This document shows, piece after piece, positions 29,201 to 37,130 of a stretch of DNA of 64,000 bases. Under the pieces are notes generated by a model. That model was given only the letters and a program-made list of their open reading frames with translations, was not told where the DNA came from and made no database searches. Every line of letters begins with the position of its first letter. Positions within the stretch are counted from its first letter, which is position 1. The DNA is from Rhodothalassiaceae bacterium (GTDB lineage: Bacteria > Pseudomonadota > Alphaproteobacteria > Sphingomonadales > Rhodothalassiaceae), in contig JBHJGS010000008.1 of assembly GCA_050331575.1 (NCBI GenBank), positions 6,754 to 70,753 on the forward strand. The letters run 5' to 3'. A program made the position numbers and the translations under genes.

Positions 29201-31011
29201 ATGATCAGGCGGTCACCGCGTTCCAGACCCCGGTGACCATCGACCTACTGGCCAATGACACGGATGTGGACGGCGATGCGCTGGCGCTGGCCTCCTTGGG
29301 CGCGGCCGCCAACGGCACGCTGACGGTCAATCCCGGCGGCAGGGTTACCTATACCCCGGATACGGGCTTTTCCGGCACCGACGGCTTTGACTATACCGTC
29401 ACCGACGGCGCCGGCGGCTCTGCCACGGCAAGCGTGTCCGTCAGCGTTGGCGAGCCCGACCCCGACGCTGACCGAGAGATCTTCGGCGATGATGGCGACA
29501 ATGTGCTGACCGGCGGTGCCGGTGAGGATCTGCTGGTCGGCGGCCGCGGCAGCGATACGCTGGCCGGCGGCGCCGGCGACGATGTGATCGTCACCGACGG
29601 CCCAAGCGGCGAGCGCACGCCCGGCGGCAGCGACCAGGATGTCGTCCTGTTCAACGCCGGTGACGGCCGCGACGACATCACCGATTTCGATGTTGACGGG
29701 TCCGGCCGCGAGCAGACCTTCGACACGCTGGTGTTGCAAGGCTTCGCCAACCCCGCCCTGAACGCCGCGCTGGCCACGGACGACCAGTTCAATGCCTTTA
29801 TCGCCGCGCTCCTGGCCGATACCGACCCGCTCACCGAAGCGCAGATCGACGGCGCGGATCTGGTGTTCGATTTCGCGGCCGACGGGGCGGTGCGGCTGCG
29901 CGATCTGGGCCAGCAGAACTGGGCACCGGTGGCCGCGGATGATGCGGCCATGGCGGTCGCCGGGACGGCCGTGGCTGTGGATGTTCTGGCCAATGATCAG
30001 GATATCAACGGCGATGCCTTGAGCGTGGCCGACGTCAACGCGCCTGAGCACGGATCCATCACCATCCAGGCTGGTCAAATCGTCTACACCGCGGCGGCCG
30101 GCTTTTCCGGGCAGGACAGTTTCAGCTACACCGTAGCAGACGGCCGCGGCGGCACCGATACCGCGCGTGTCACCGTCACGGTCGAGGCTGCCGAGGCACC
30201 GCCGGCCTTGCCGGAGGTGCGCCTGTTCGTGGCCGAGGTCGGCACCAATCAACAGACGCTGTTCGAACTGACCGACGGGCTTGAGATCGACCCCGCCCTG
30301 ATCGCGGATAAGGCGGTGACGATCTTTGCCCAGACCGCCGGCAGCACCGGGCCTGAGGATATCGGCAGCATCCGCCTGACCGCTCCAGGGATCGACACGC
30401 AGCTGGAAAATATCGAGCCCTATGCCCTGTTCGGTGACACCAACGGCACGTTCCGCGGCGGCACGATCTTGCAGCCCGGCACCTACAGCGTCACCCTGGA
30501 ATTCTTCGACCAGCGCAACGGCCAGGGCTTTCTGGGCGAGCGCTCCGTCGGCTTCGCCGTGGCGGAGCCGGGCGCGGACGCCTCTGCCCAGTCAGCGCCC
30601 GCAGACTGGCTCAGCGTCTTCCTGGCCAGCACGGATGCCGACGCCGATCAGACGCTGGTGCGCTTGGAGCCGGAGACGGTGGTCGACGCATCGGTTCTGC
30701 CCGACGGCGGCGCCACGACACTTTACGCCGTCACCCACGAGGACGCACCGGACATCGGCAGCGTCCGGCTCGTGGTCAATGACATGACCGCAGTGGAGAA
30801 TGTCGAGCCCTACGCCCTGTTCGGCAATCGCGACCACGACTTCTTCGGTGGCACCGATTTCGCACCCGGGCGCCATGAGGTGATCTTGGAACTCTACGCC
30901 CATCGCCACGCCCGTGGCGAACCGTTCGACACGCTCGCCTTCGCCTTTGAGGTCTTGCCGCCAGTGCTGGGCCAGGGCGAAACGGATGCAGACTTGGCCG
31001 CCACGATGTAA
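26239..31011 (+). CDS. giant mosaic protein: DUF5060-like N-terminus with a TIM-barrel glycosidase-like region, PE-rich linker, cadherin-like repeats, RTX calcium-binding repeats, and three copies of an unnamed ~112-aa module
   Basis: ATG at 26239 after GAGGAGAGA. TWHKITLDF...YRLDVTFTN...GNWTYEAAF is DUF5060-like. NGIQWNLGEENTN is GH-like. PDPEPEPEPEPEPE linker at about 28150-28215. Four NQAP/NDAP...ANDTDxDGDAL units. GDDGDNVLTGGAGEDLLVGGRGSDTLAGGAGDDVIV at 29485-29592. Confidence 0.85.
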   Translation: MATVSGDLMTWHKITLDFVTDQTFQEEASTFRDYRLDVTFTNQDTGETIRVPGFFAADGDAANTGATSGNVWRVNFNAPSHGNWTYEAAFRTGDDISAMLDPDAGTAVALAGASSGSFTVTPSDKTGADFRAKGMILQGEGTQYLQHQGDGDFFIRGGPGVPENLLAVADFDGARIAFSSENDNTPGSGSLARHQFSNHLADYQGDGATWNGGQGEAILGAVNYLADQGQNTIYLLTNTVGGDGRDVSPWVDPALYSIGRNTASIDNAAGSTSGVEVEDFSVYDVSKLAQWEILFDHMDLKGLYKNVLFQETENDQLLNGGTGIDFNGADAGGASLSVERLVYMREMIARYGHNNGIQWNLGEENTNTDQQRIDMANWVKAVDPYDHLVVVHTFIGDHETVYGDLLGVEAFDGPSFQTGAGSIRSKTQSFLQRSKDAGDPWVVAWDEDSGARASIDAYSNNPDSANEAALREAFWGHLTVGGSGGNWYLKGNGFGGHSFDQNLDDFKGFESIWTWTDAATDFFNSYIPFWTMAEDDDATVNGGDFVMSRPGDYYVIYLPYGEADDVRLDLSDQGGESFDLLWYNPREGGAFLNGGTVAGGAVEQVGGAPEDPGKDWVLFVRNADLPDTPPSEDPTPSPDDPQPDPEPEPEPEPEPELQPDPSLTLFLIDPVTDTRLVELSDGAVIDPVALGLSSYSIEAAVADGSGVESVRFSLNGAVEQVENFDPFALFGDTSGDFRGETLPTGPQDLRVELFSGNNVSGDSLGDVTLSFQFQAEASDPPNQAPTAQDDAGFQALFAQTLVIDSADLLANDTDPDGDALTLVSASLDNTNSASLTVSDDGTQISLTPAEQSIGQVLSFSYTVADPDGAQASAQVSVDVGNQVPVVADSSFTIAEDTEFFEFDIVADALGTDPEGQTLFFDAVTGAQNGAVTLVGEGSILVYTPDADFNGTEMLTAFVSDRAAQGSRQVSATLTITVTPVNDAPSAADDQAVTAFQTPVTIDLLANDTDVDGDALALASLGAAANGTLTVNPGGRVTYTPDTGFSGTDGFDYTVTDGAGGSATASVSVSVGEPDPDADREIFGDDGDNVLTGGAGEDLLVGGRGSDTLAGGAGDDVIVTDGPSGERTPGGSDQDVVLFNAGDGRDDITDFDVDGSGREQTFDTLVLQGFANPALNAALATDDQFNAFIAALLADTDPLTEAQIDGADLVFDFAADGAVRLRDLGQQNWAPVAADDAAMAVAGTAVAVDVLANDQDINGDALSVADVNAPEHGSITIQAGQIVYTAAAGFSGQDSFSYTVADGRGGTDTARVTVTVEAAEAPPALPEVRLFVAEVGTNQQTLFELTDGLEIDPALIADKAVTIFAQTAGSTGPEDIGSIRLTAPGIDTQLENIEPYALFGDTNGTFRGGTILQPGTYSVTLEFFDQRNGQGFLGERSVGFAVAEPGADASAQSAPADWLSVFLASTDADADQTLVRLEPETVVDASVLPDGGATTLYAVTHEDAPDIGSVRLVVNDMTAVENVEPYALFGNRDHDFFGGTDFAPGRHEVILELYAHRHARGEPFDTLAFAFEVLPPVLGQGETDADLAATM

Positions 31012-31161
31012 TCCAGGTCTCGCAAACGGGGCCGGACCGACGGCCCCCGACGGCGTGCGGCCACACCGCCATTGGCGGTCGGGCCCTGGGCGGCTGCCAA
31101 GCGGGGGGCAGCCGTTGCTCGCGCCGCTGGAAAACTCCACACGGCGGTCGGTGCGGCGGCG

Positions 31162-34035
31162 TTACTCTGCCGCCACCCTTTTGCCCGCCTCCAGCACCGG
31201 CTGCAGAAACCGCCCGGTGTAGCTGCGGGCCACAGCGGCGACCTCTTCTGGGGTGCCGGTGGCAACGAGTTCGCCGCCGCCGTCACCGCCTTCCGGGCCC
31301 AGATCGACCAGATAATCCGCGCATTTGATGACTTCGAGATTGTGCTCGATCACCACCACGGTGTTGCCCTGCTCCACCAGCGCCTGCAGCACCTCCAGCA
31401 ATTTGCGCACATCCTCGAAATGCAGCCCGGTGGTCGGCTCGTCGAGAATGTAGAGCGTGCGGCCGGTGGCGCGCTTGGACAATTCCTTGGCGAGCTTCAC
31501 GCGCTGGGCCTCGCCGCCGCTCAAGGTGGTGGCCGCCTGGCCAATGCGGATATAGCTCAGGCCGACGCGGTTGAGCATGGCGAGCTTGTCGCGCACCGCC
31601 GGCACCGCGCTGAAGAACTGTTCGCCCTCCTCCACGGTCATGTCGAGCACATCGGCGATCGAGCGGTCCTTGAAGCGCACCTCCAGCGTCTCGCGATTGT
31701 AGCGGCGACCGCCGCAGGTGTCGCAGGTGACGAACATATCGGGCAGAAAGTGCATCTCGATCTTCAGCACGCCGTCGCCCTGGCAGGCCTCGCAGCGCCC
31801 GCCCTTGACATTGAAGGAGAACCGCCCGGGCTTGTAGCCGCGCGCCTGCGCCTCGGGCAGACCGGCGAACCAGTCGCGGATCGGGGTGAAGGCGCCGGTA
31901 TAGGTGGCGGGGTTGGAGCGCGGCGTGCGGCCGATCGGCGACTGGTCGATATCGACCACCTTGTCCAGTTGGTCCAGGCCGCTGAGCGCCTCATAGGGAC
32001 CGGGCTGCTCGCGCGCGCCGTTCAGCTCCCGCGCCACGGCCTTGTAGAGCGTCTCAATGGTGAAGGTGGACTTGCCTGAGCCGGACACGCCGGTGATGCA
32101 GGTCAAGGTGCCCAGCGGGATCGACGCGGTGACGCCCTTCAGATTGTTGGCGCTGGCGCCTTTCAGGGTAAGAAACTGGCCGTTGCGCGCGGCGCGGCGG
32201 GTGGCCGGCACCGGGATCTGCTTGCGGCCGGACAGATACGCCCCGGTCATCGAACGTTTCGAGCGCATCACCTGGGCCGGGGTGCCCTTGGCGACGACGC
32301 GGCCGCCATGCTCGCCCGCCCCTGGCCCCATATCGATCAGATAATCCGCCGCCCGGATGGCATCCTCGTCATGCTCCACCACCAGCACGGTATTGCCGAT
32401 GTCGCGCAGATTTCTCAGCGTGTCGAGCAGGCGGTTATTGTCGCGCTGGTGCAGGCCAATGGACGGCTCGTCGAGCACATATAAGACCCCGGTCAGGCCC
32501 GAACCGATCTGGCTGGCCAGCCGGATGCGCTGGCTTTCGCCACCGGACAGGGTGCCCGAGGCGCGCGACAGGGTCAGATAGTCCAGCCCGACATTATTGA
32601 GGAAGCCGAGCCGATCGGAGATTTCCTTGAGAACCTTCTCCGCGATCGTGCGCTTCTGCTGGCTCAGCTGCTCGGGCAGGGCCTCGAACCAGGCATGCGC
32701 CTTCTGCACCGACAATTCAGTGACCTCGCCAATATGCTTGCCGGCGATCTTCACCGCGCGCGCCTCCGGCTTCAGGCGGTGGCCGGAACAGGCCTCGCAC
32801 ACGGCGGAGGCCTGGTAGCGGCTCAGTTCCTCGCGGATCATCGGGCTGTCGGTCTCGCGCCAGCGCCGCTCCAGATTGGGAATCACGCCTTCGAACGGGC
32901 GCGACACGGTGTAGGTGCGCCGGCCGTCATCATAGGTCATGGTGATGTCGGTGCCGCCGGAGCCGTAAAGCACCGCCTCGGCCACCCAGTCCGGCAGCTT
33001 GGCCCAGGGCACGCTCATCTTGAAACCGTAATGCTTGGCCAAGGCTTCCAGGGTCTGCCGATAATAGGGCGCCTGCGTCTTCGACCAAGGCGCGATGGCG
33101 CCCTTGGCCAGGCTCAAGCTGTCGTTCGGCACCACCAGGGCGGGGTCGAAATACAGTTTCTTGCCGAGACCATCACAGGCTGGGCAGGCGCCGAAGGGCG
33201 AGTTGAAGGAGAACAGCCGCGGCTCGATCTCGCCGATGGTGAAGCCGGAAACCGGGCAGGCGAATTTTTCCGAGAACAAGATGCGCTCCGGCGCGCCCTC
33301 GCGCGGCGCGGTTTCGATCACCGCCAGCCCGTCGGCCAGCGCCAGGGCGGTCTCGAAGCTGTCGGCCAGACGCGTGGCCAGCCCCTCCTTCACCACGATG
33401 CGATCGACCACCACATCGATATCGTGCTTATATTTCTTGTCCAGCGTGGGGGCCTCGTCGATCTCATGAAAGGCGCCGTCGACCTTGACGCGCTGGAAGC
33501 CCTTCTTCTGCAGCTCGCGAAATTCCTTGCGATACTCGCCCTTGCGCTGGCGCACGATAGGGCTGAGCAGATAGGCGCGGGTGCCCTCCGGCATCGCCAT
33601 CACCCGGTCGACCATTTCGCTGACGGTCTGTGCGGTGATCGGCTCACCGGTCGCCAGGGAATAAGGCGTGCCGACGCGCGCCCAAAGCAGGCGCATATAG
33701 TCATAGATCTCGGTCACCGTGCCGACGGTGGAGCGCGGATTCTTCGAGGTGGTCTTCTGCTCGATGGAGATCGCCGGGGACAGGCCCTCGATATGGTCCA
33801 CGTCCGGCTTCTGCATCATCTCCAGAAACTGCCGGGCATAGGCGGACAGGCTTTCAACATAGCGCCGCTGCCCCTCCGCATAGATGGTGTCGAACGCCAG
33901 CGAGGATTTGCCCGACCCCGACAGCCCGGTGATCACGGTCAAGCTGTCGCGCGGAATGTCGACATCCACGGACTTCAGATTGTGCTCGCGCGCACCGCGC
34001 ACACGCAGATGGGTCAGGGTCATCGGGGCCGCCAT
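31162..34035 (-). CDS. uvrA: excinuclease ABC subunit A
   Basis: 957 aa: [55 protein letters not shown], two ABC modules and zinc-finger cysteines. Confidence 0.97.
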   Translation of the reverse strand: MAAPMTLTHLRVRGAREHNLKSVDVDIPRDSLTVITGLSGSGKSSLAFDTIYAEGQRRYVESLSAYARQFLEMMQKPDVDHIEGLSPAISIEQKTTSKNPRSTVGTVTEIYDYMRLLWARVGTPYSLATGEPITAQTVSEMVDRVMAMPEGTRAYLLSPIVRQRKGEYRKEFRELQKKGFQRVKVDGAFHEIDEAPTLDKKYKHDIDVVVDRIVVKEGLATRLADSFETALALADGLAVIETAPREGAPERILFSEKFACPVSGFTIGEIEPRLFSFNSPFGACPACDGLGKKLYFDPALVVPNDSLSLAKGAIAPWSKTQAPYYRQTLEALAKHYGFKMSVPWAKLPDWVAEAVLYGSGGTDITMTYDDGRRTYTVSRPFEGVIPNLERRWRETDSPMIREELSRYQASAVCEACSGHRLKPEARAVKIAGKHIGEVTELSVQKAHAWFEALPEQLSQQKRTIAEKVLKEISDRLGFLNNVGLDYLTLSRASGTLSGGESQRIRLASQIGSGLTGVLYVLDEPSIGLHQRDNNRLLDTLRNLRDIGNTVLVVEHDEDAIRAADYLIDMGPGAGEHGGRVVAKGTPAQVMRSKRSMTGAYLSGRKQIPVPATRRAARNGQFLTLKGASANNLKGVTASIPLGTLTCITGVSGSGKSTFTIETLYKAVARELNGAREQPGPYEALSGLDQLDKVVDIDQSPIGRTPRSNPATYTGAFTPIRDWFAGLPEAQARGYKPGRFSFNVKGGRCEACQGDGVLKIEMHFLPDMFVTCDTCGGRRYNRETLEVRFKDRSIADVLDMTVEEGEQFFSAVPAVRDKLAMLNRVGLSYIRIGQAATTLSGGEAQRVKLAKELSKRATGRTLYILDEPTTGLHFEDVRKLLEVLQALVEQGNTVVVIEHNLEVIKCADYLVDLGPEGGDGGGELVATGTPEEVAAVARSYTGRFLQPVLEAGKRVAAE

Positions 34036-34254
34036 CGTCGCTCAGCGGAACAGTCAAGGCGCCGGACCATAGCGGATTGCAGCCAAGGGGCAAGCGGACA
34101 CAACGACCCTTTCGGAGGACCCCGCAGCGGTCCCGCCGATCACTCGGCGCGCAGAGGGTCAGGCCCCTGCTTGCAAAGCCGCTGGTCAGGCCACTGACAT
34201 CAGGGGCGTGAGGCATGATTGCGCGCGCCGAGAAGGGGCTTATAATGCACCCTC

Positions 34255-34653
34255 ATGTCCCTGGACCCGCTGTTCGCCGCCGGCCCGATCATCACCGCCC
34301 ATGCCGGGGCGGCGATGGCGGCGCTTTTGCTGGGGATTGTCCAGCTCTCCTTGCCAAAGGGCACCGGCGGCCATCGGATTCTGGGCTATGGCTGGGCTGC
34401 GCTGATGCTGTTTGTCGCCGGCTCGGGCCTTTGGATTCATGAACTTCGCATGCTCGGGCCGTTCAGCCCGATCCATCTGCTCTCAGTCTTGGTGCTGGTG
34501 ACCGTGCCGCTGGCGGTGCTGGCGGCCCGGCGCGGCAATGTCCAGCGGCACCGCGCGGCGATGCTGCGGCTGTATTTCTTCGCGCTGATCGTGACCGGCG
34601 CGTTCACGCTGTTGCATGGTCGGGTCATGCACGCCGTCGTGTTCGGCGGCTGA
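34255..34653 (+). CDS. DUF2306-like integral membrane protein
   Basis: 132 aa with four predicted TM helices, and RRGNVQRHRAAMLRLYFFALIVTGAFT typical of DUF2306. Confidence 0.7.
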   Translation: MSLDPLFAAGPIITAHAGAAMAALLLGIVQLSLPKGTGGHRILGYGWAALMLFVAGSGLWIHELRMLGPFSPIHLLSVLVLVTVPLAVLAARRGNVQRHRAAMLRLYFFALIVTGAFTLLHGRVMHAVVFGG

Positions 34654-34658
34654 GGCGC

Positions 34659-35204
34659 ATGGCCAACGACCGCCCGCGCTCCTGGCTGGACTATGCCGAA
34701 ATCGTCACCGGTCTGCCGCAAGACCCGACCAGCCTGGGCTTCTGGCTGACCTACACGCTTGTGCCCGCGCTGATCCTGGCCGGCGTCGCCCGCTGGATGA
34801 TCTGGCGGCACGAACGCCGGCTGCGCGCGCGCGAAGCGGCCCCGCGGCTGTGGGTCAGCACCGGCAAAACCCCACCGCCCGACGCCCATGCCCCGGCGCT
34901 GCTGACGGCCAATGTCGTGCTGTCCTATGCCGCAGCGCTGCGCCTGTTGATCCTGCTACGCAAGCTGATCGGCGGCCGGCTGGACATGCTGCAGCGGATG
35001 CTGGAGCGCGGCCGGCGCGAGGCCCTGCTGCGGCTGGAGGACAAGGCACGGGCGCGCGGCTATCAGGCGCTCTACGGCCTGCGCTTTGACTGCGCGCGGC
35101 TGAGCGACCCAGAGGAGGGCGGAGACTATTCCATGGAACTTATCGCCTATGCCACGGCGGTGAAGCTGAAGGACGTGAAGCATGGCCATCCTGCACAAGA
35201 ATGA
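34659..35204 (+). CDS. membrane protein with a C-terminal YbjQ-like half-domain
   Basis: High GC3 and two hydrophobic helices. The C-terminus EALLRLEDKARARGYQALYGLRFDCARLS...MELIAYATAVKL resembles the C-terminal half of UPF0145/YbjQ proteins. Confidence 0.6.
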   Translation: MANDRPRSWLDYAEIVTGLPQDPTSLGFWLTYTLVPALILAGVARWMIWRHERRLRAREAAPRLWVSTGKTPPPDAHAPALLTANVVLSYAAALRLLILLRKLIGGRLDMLQRMLERGRREALLRLEDKARARGYQALYGLRFDCARLSDPEEGGDYSMELIAYATAVKLKDVKHGHPAQE

Positions 35205-35532
35205 GGGCGGCGTCATCGTTACCAACACCGAGGCGGTGCCGGGCCGCACCGTGGCACGGCATCTGGGGCTTGTGCAGGGCTCGACCGTGCGCGCCAAGCA
35301 TGTCGGCCGCGATATCCTGGCCGGCTTCAAGGGCATCGTCGGCGGTGAACTGCGCAGCTACACCGAATTGATGACCGAAGCCCGCGAAGAGGCCCTGGCC
35401 CGGCTGGTGCAGGAGGCCGAAACCCTCGGCGCCGACGCTGTCTTGAACGTCCGCCTGACCACCGCCGCGGTAACAGGAGGGGCCGCCGAAATCCTCGCTT
35501 ACGGCACCGCGGTGGCGCTCGACCCGCTATAG
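35182..35532 (+). CDS. YbjQ/UPF0145 family (putative heavy-metal-binding) protein
   Basis: VIVTNTEAVPGRTVARHLGLVQGSTVRAKHVGRDILAGFKGIVGGELRSYTELMTEAREEALARLVQEAETLGADAVLNVRL...EILAYGTAV. Overlaps the upstream gene by 23 nt. Confidence 0.85.
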   Translation: MAILHKNEGGVIVTNTEAVPGRTVARHLGLVQGSTVRAKHVGRDILAGFKGIVGGELRSYTELMTEAREEALARLVQEAETLGADAVLNVRLTTAAVTGGAAEILAYGTAVALDPL

Positions 35533-35716
35533 CGCCACGGGCCGCCATCGCCGCTTGCTCATCCTTCATTAGGGGAGTAGACAGGCCACAATAAAGCGGC
35601 ATGATTGGCGTAGTCTTTCCTGTCTGCCGGAGATGTGAGGCTGCGTCACCATCACCAAGCGCCGACGGGCGAAAATGCCCGCCGGGACGGGCACTTGTTT
35701 CTGAGGAACCGGCTCA

Positions 35717-36106
35717 ATGAAAATGTACATAAAGAGCGTGCTCGTCGACGATCAAGCCAAGGCTCTCGCCTTCTATACCGAAAAGCTGGGCTTTGTGGTC
35801 AAACACGATATTCCGCTTGGGGAGCATCGATGGCTGACGCTTGTCTCGTCAGAGGACCCAGACGGTGTGGAGTTGGCGCTTGAGCCAAACCAGCATGCCG
35901 CAGCACGGGCCTGCCAGGCAGCGCTGAAGGCCGACGGCATCCCATGGACCGCCTTTAGCGTGGAAGACATGGCGGCTGAAGTGGAGAGGCTTCAGGCTAG
36001 CGGCGTGACGATCACGACGGCGCCAATGAAAGCCGGTGACGTGACGATCGCGGCGTTCGATGACACCTGCGGTAATCTGATTCAATTGATTGAACTTCCC
36101 TCCTAG
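35717..36106 (+). CDS. VOC (glyoxalase/bleomycin-resistance) family protein
   Basis: 129 aa: SVLVDDQAKALAFYTEKLGFVVKHDIPLGEHRWLTL...DTCGNLIQLIE. Confidence 0.85.
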   Translation: MKMYIKSVLVDDQAKALAFYTEKLGFVVKHDIPLGEHRWLTLVSSEDPDGVELALEPNQHAAARACQAALKADGIPWTAFSVEDMAAEVERLQASGVTITTAPMKAGDVTIAAFDDTCGNLIQLIELPS

Positions 36107-36140
36107 CGCCCTGCCCCCCCCCTGTCGCGAACCGCCTGGG

Positions 36141-37097
36141 ATGACGCTTCGACCCGCCAGCCGCGCGGCCGTTTCTGAGGCTGTCGGCGCCCTGCGTGAA
36201 GGCCGGCTGATCGGCTTGCCCACCGAGACCGTCTATGGCCTGGCCGCCGATGCCGCCAATGCCCGCGCGGTGGCAGGAATCTTTGCCGCCAAGGGCCGGC
36301 CGCGCTTCAACCCGCTGATCTGCCATGTCACCGGATCGGACATGGCCGCGGACCTGGTCGAAATGCCGGCCGCGGCCCAGGCCCTGACCCGGCACTTCTG
36401 GCCCGGACCCTTGACCTTGGTCTCACGAAGGCGCGCGGGCGCGCCGGTCGCCGATCTTGTCTGCGCCGGCTTGCCGACATTGGCGGTGCGCGCGCCGGAC
36501 CATCCAGTGGCGCAAGCGGTGCTGGACGCGTTCGGCGGCGCACTGGCGGCGCCATCGGCCAATCCGTCCGGCAAGCTGAGCCCGACCACCGCAGCCGATG
36601 TTGAGGAGCGGCTGGGCGCAGCCCTGGCGATGGTGCTGGACGGCGGGCCTTGCCGCGTGGGGCTGGAAAGCAGCATCGTGGGCGTTGAGCCCGAACGGCT
36701 GGTGCTCTTGCGCCCGGGCTTCGTGACCGCCGAGGCACTGGCCAAGGCCGCCGGCTTGCCGATTGCCGCGCGCGCCAGTGCTGCGCCGCTGACCGCGCCG
36801 GGTCAATTGCCCAGCCATTATGCGCCGGACGCACCGGTGCGCCTGAACGCGACCGAGGCGGGCCCAGAGGAATGCCTGATCGGCTTTGGGCCGGTGCATG
36901 GCGATTTCACCCTCAGCGACAGCGGTGATCTGATCGAGGCGGCGGCCAATCTGTTTCAGACCCTGCGGGCAGCGGACCGCACCGGCAAGGCGATTGCCGT
37001 GGCGCCGATCCCGCACCTGGGCCTGGGGCTGGCCATCAACGACCGGCTGGCGCGTGCCGCAGCCCCAAGGGGTGACAGCGAAAACCAGCTCAGCTAA
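36141..37097 (+). CDS. tsaC: L-threonylcarbamoyladenylate synthase, long form with a Sua5 C-terminal domain
   Basis: GRLIGLPTETVYGLAADAANARAVAGIFAAKGRPRFNPLICHV and SANPSG motifs, plus a C-terminal Sua5 domain. ATG at 36141 preferred over the track start 36090. Confidence 0.9.
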   Translation: MTLRPASRAAVSEAVGALREGRLIGLPTETVYGLAADAANARAVAGIFAAKGRPRFNPLICHVTGSDMAADLVEMPAAAQALTRHFWPGPLTLVSRRRAGAPVADLVCAGLPTLAVRAPDHPVAQAVLDAFGGALAAPSANPSGKLSPTTAADVEERLGAALAMVLDGGPCRVGLESSIVGVEPERLVLLRPGFVTAEALAKAAGLPIAARASAAPLTAPGQLPSHYAPDAPVRLNATEAGPEECLIGFGPVHGDFTLSDSGDLIEAAANLFQTLRAADRTGKAIAVAPIPHLGLGLAINDRLARAAAPRGDSENQLS

Positions 37098-37130
37098 GAC
37101 GCGAACGCTGTTTTGAAATGGGGGGACCGA

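Noticed and set aside
34036-34254. Search for an alphaproteobacterial LexA/SOS box (GAAC-N7-GAAC or GTTC-N7-GTTC) in the uvrA upstream region.
   Set aside because: Only a single GAAC (in CGGAACAGTC) is present, without the second half-site at the required spacing.
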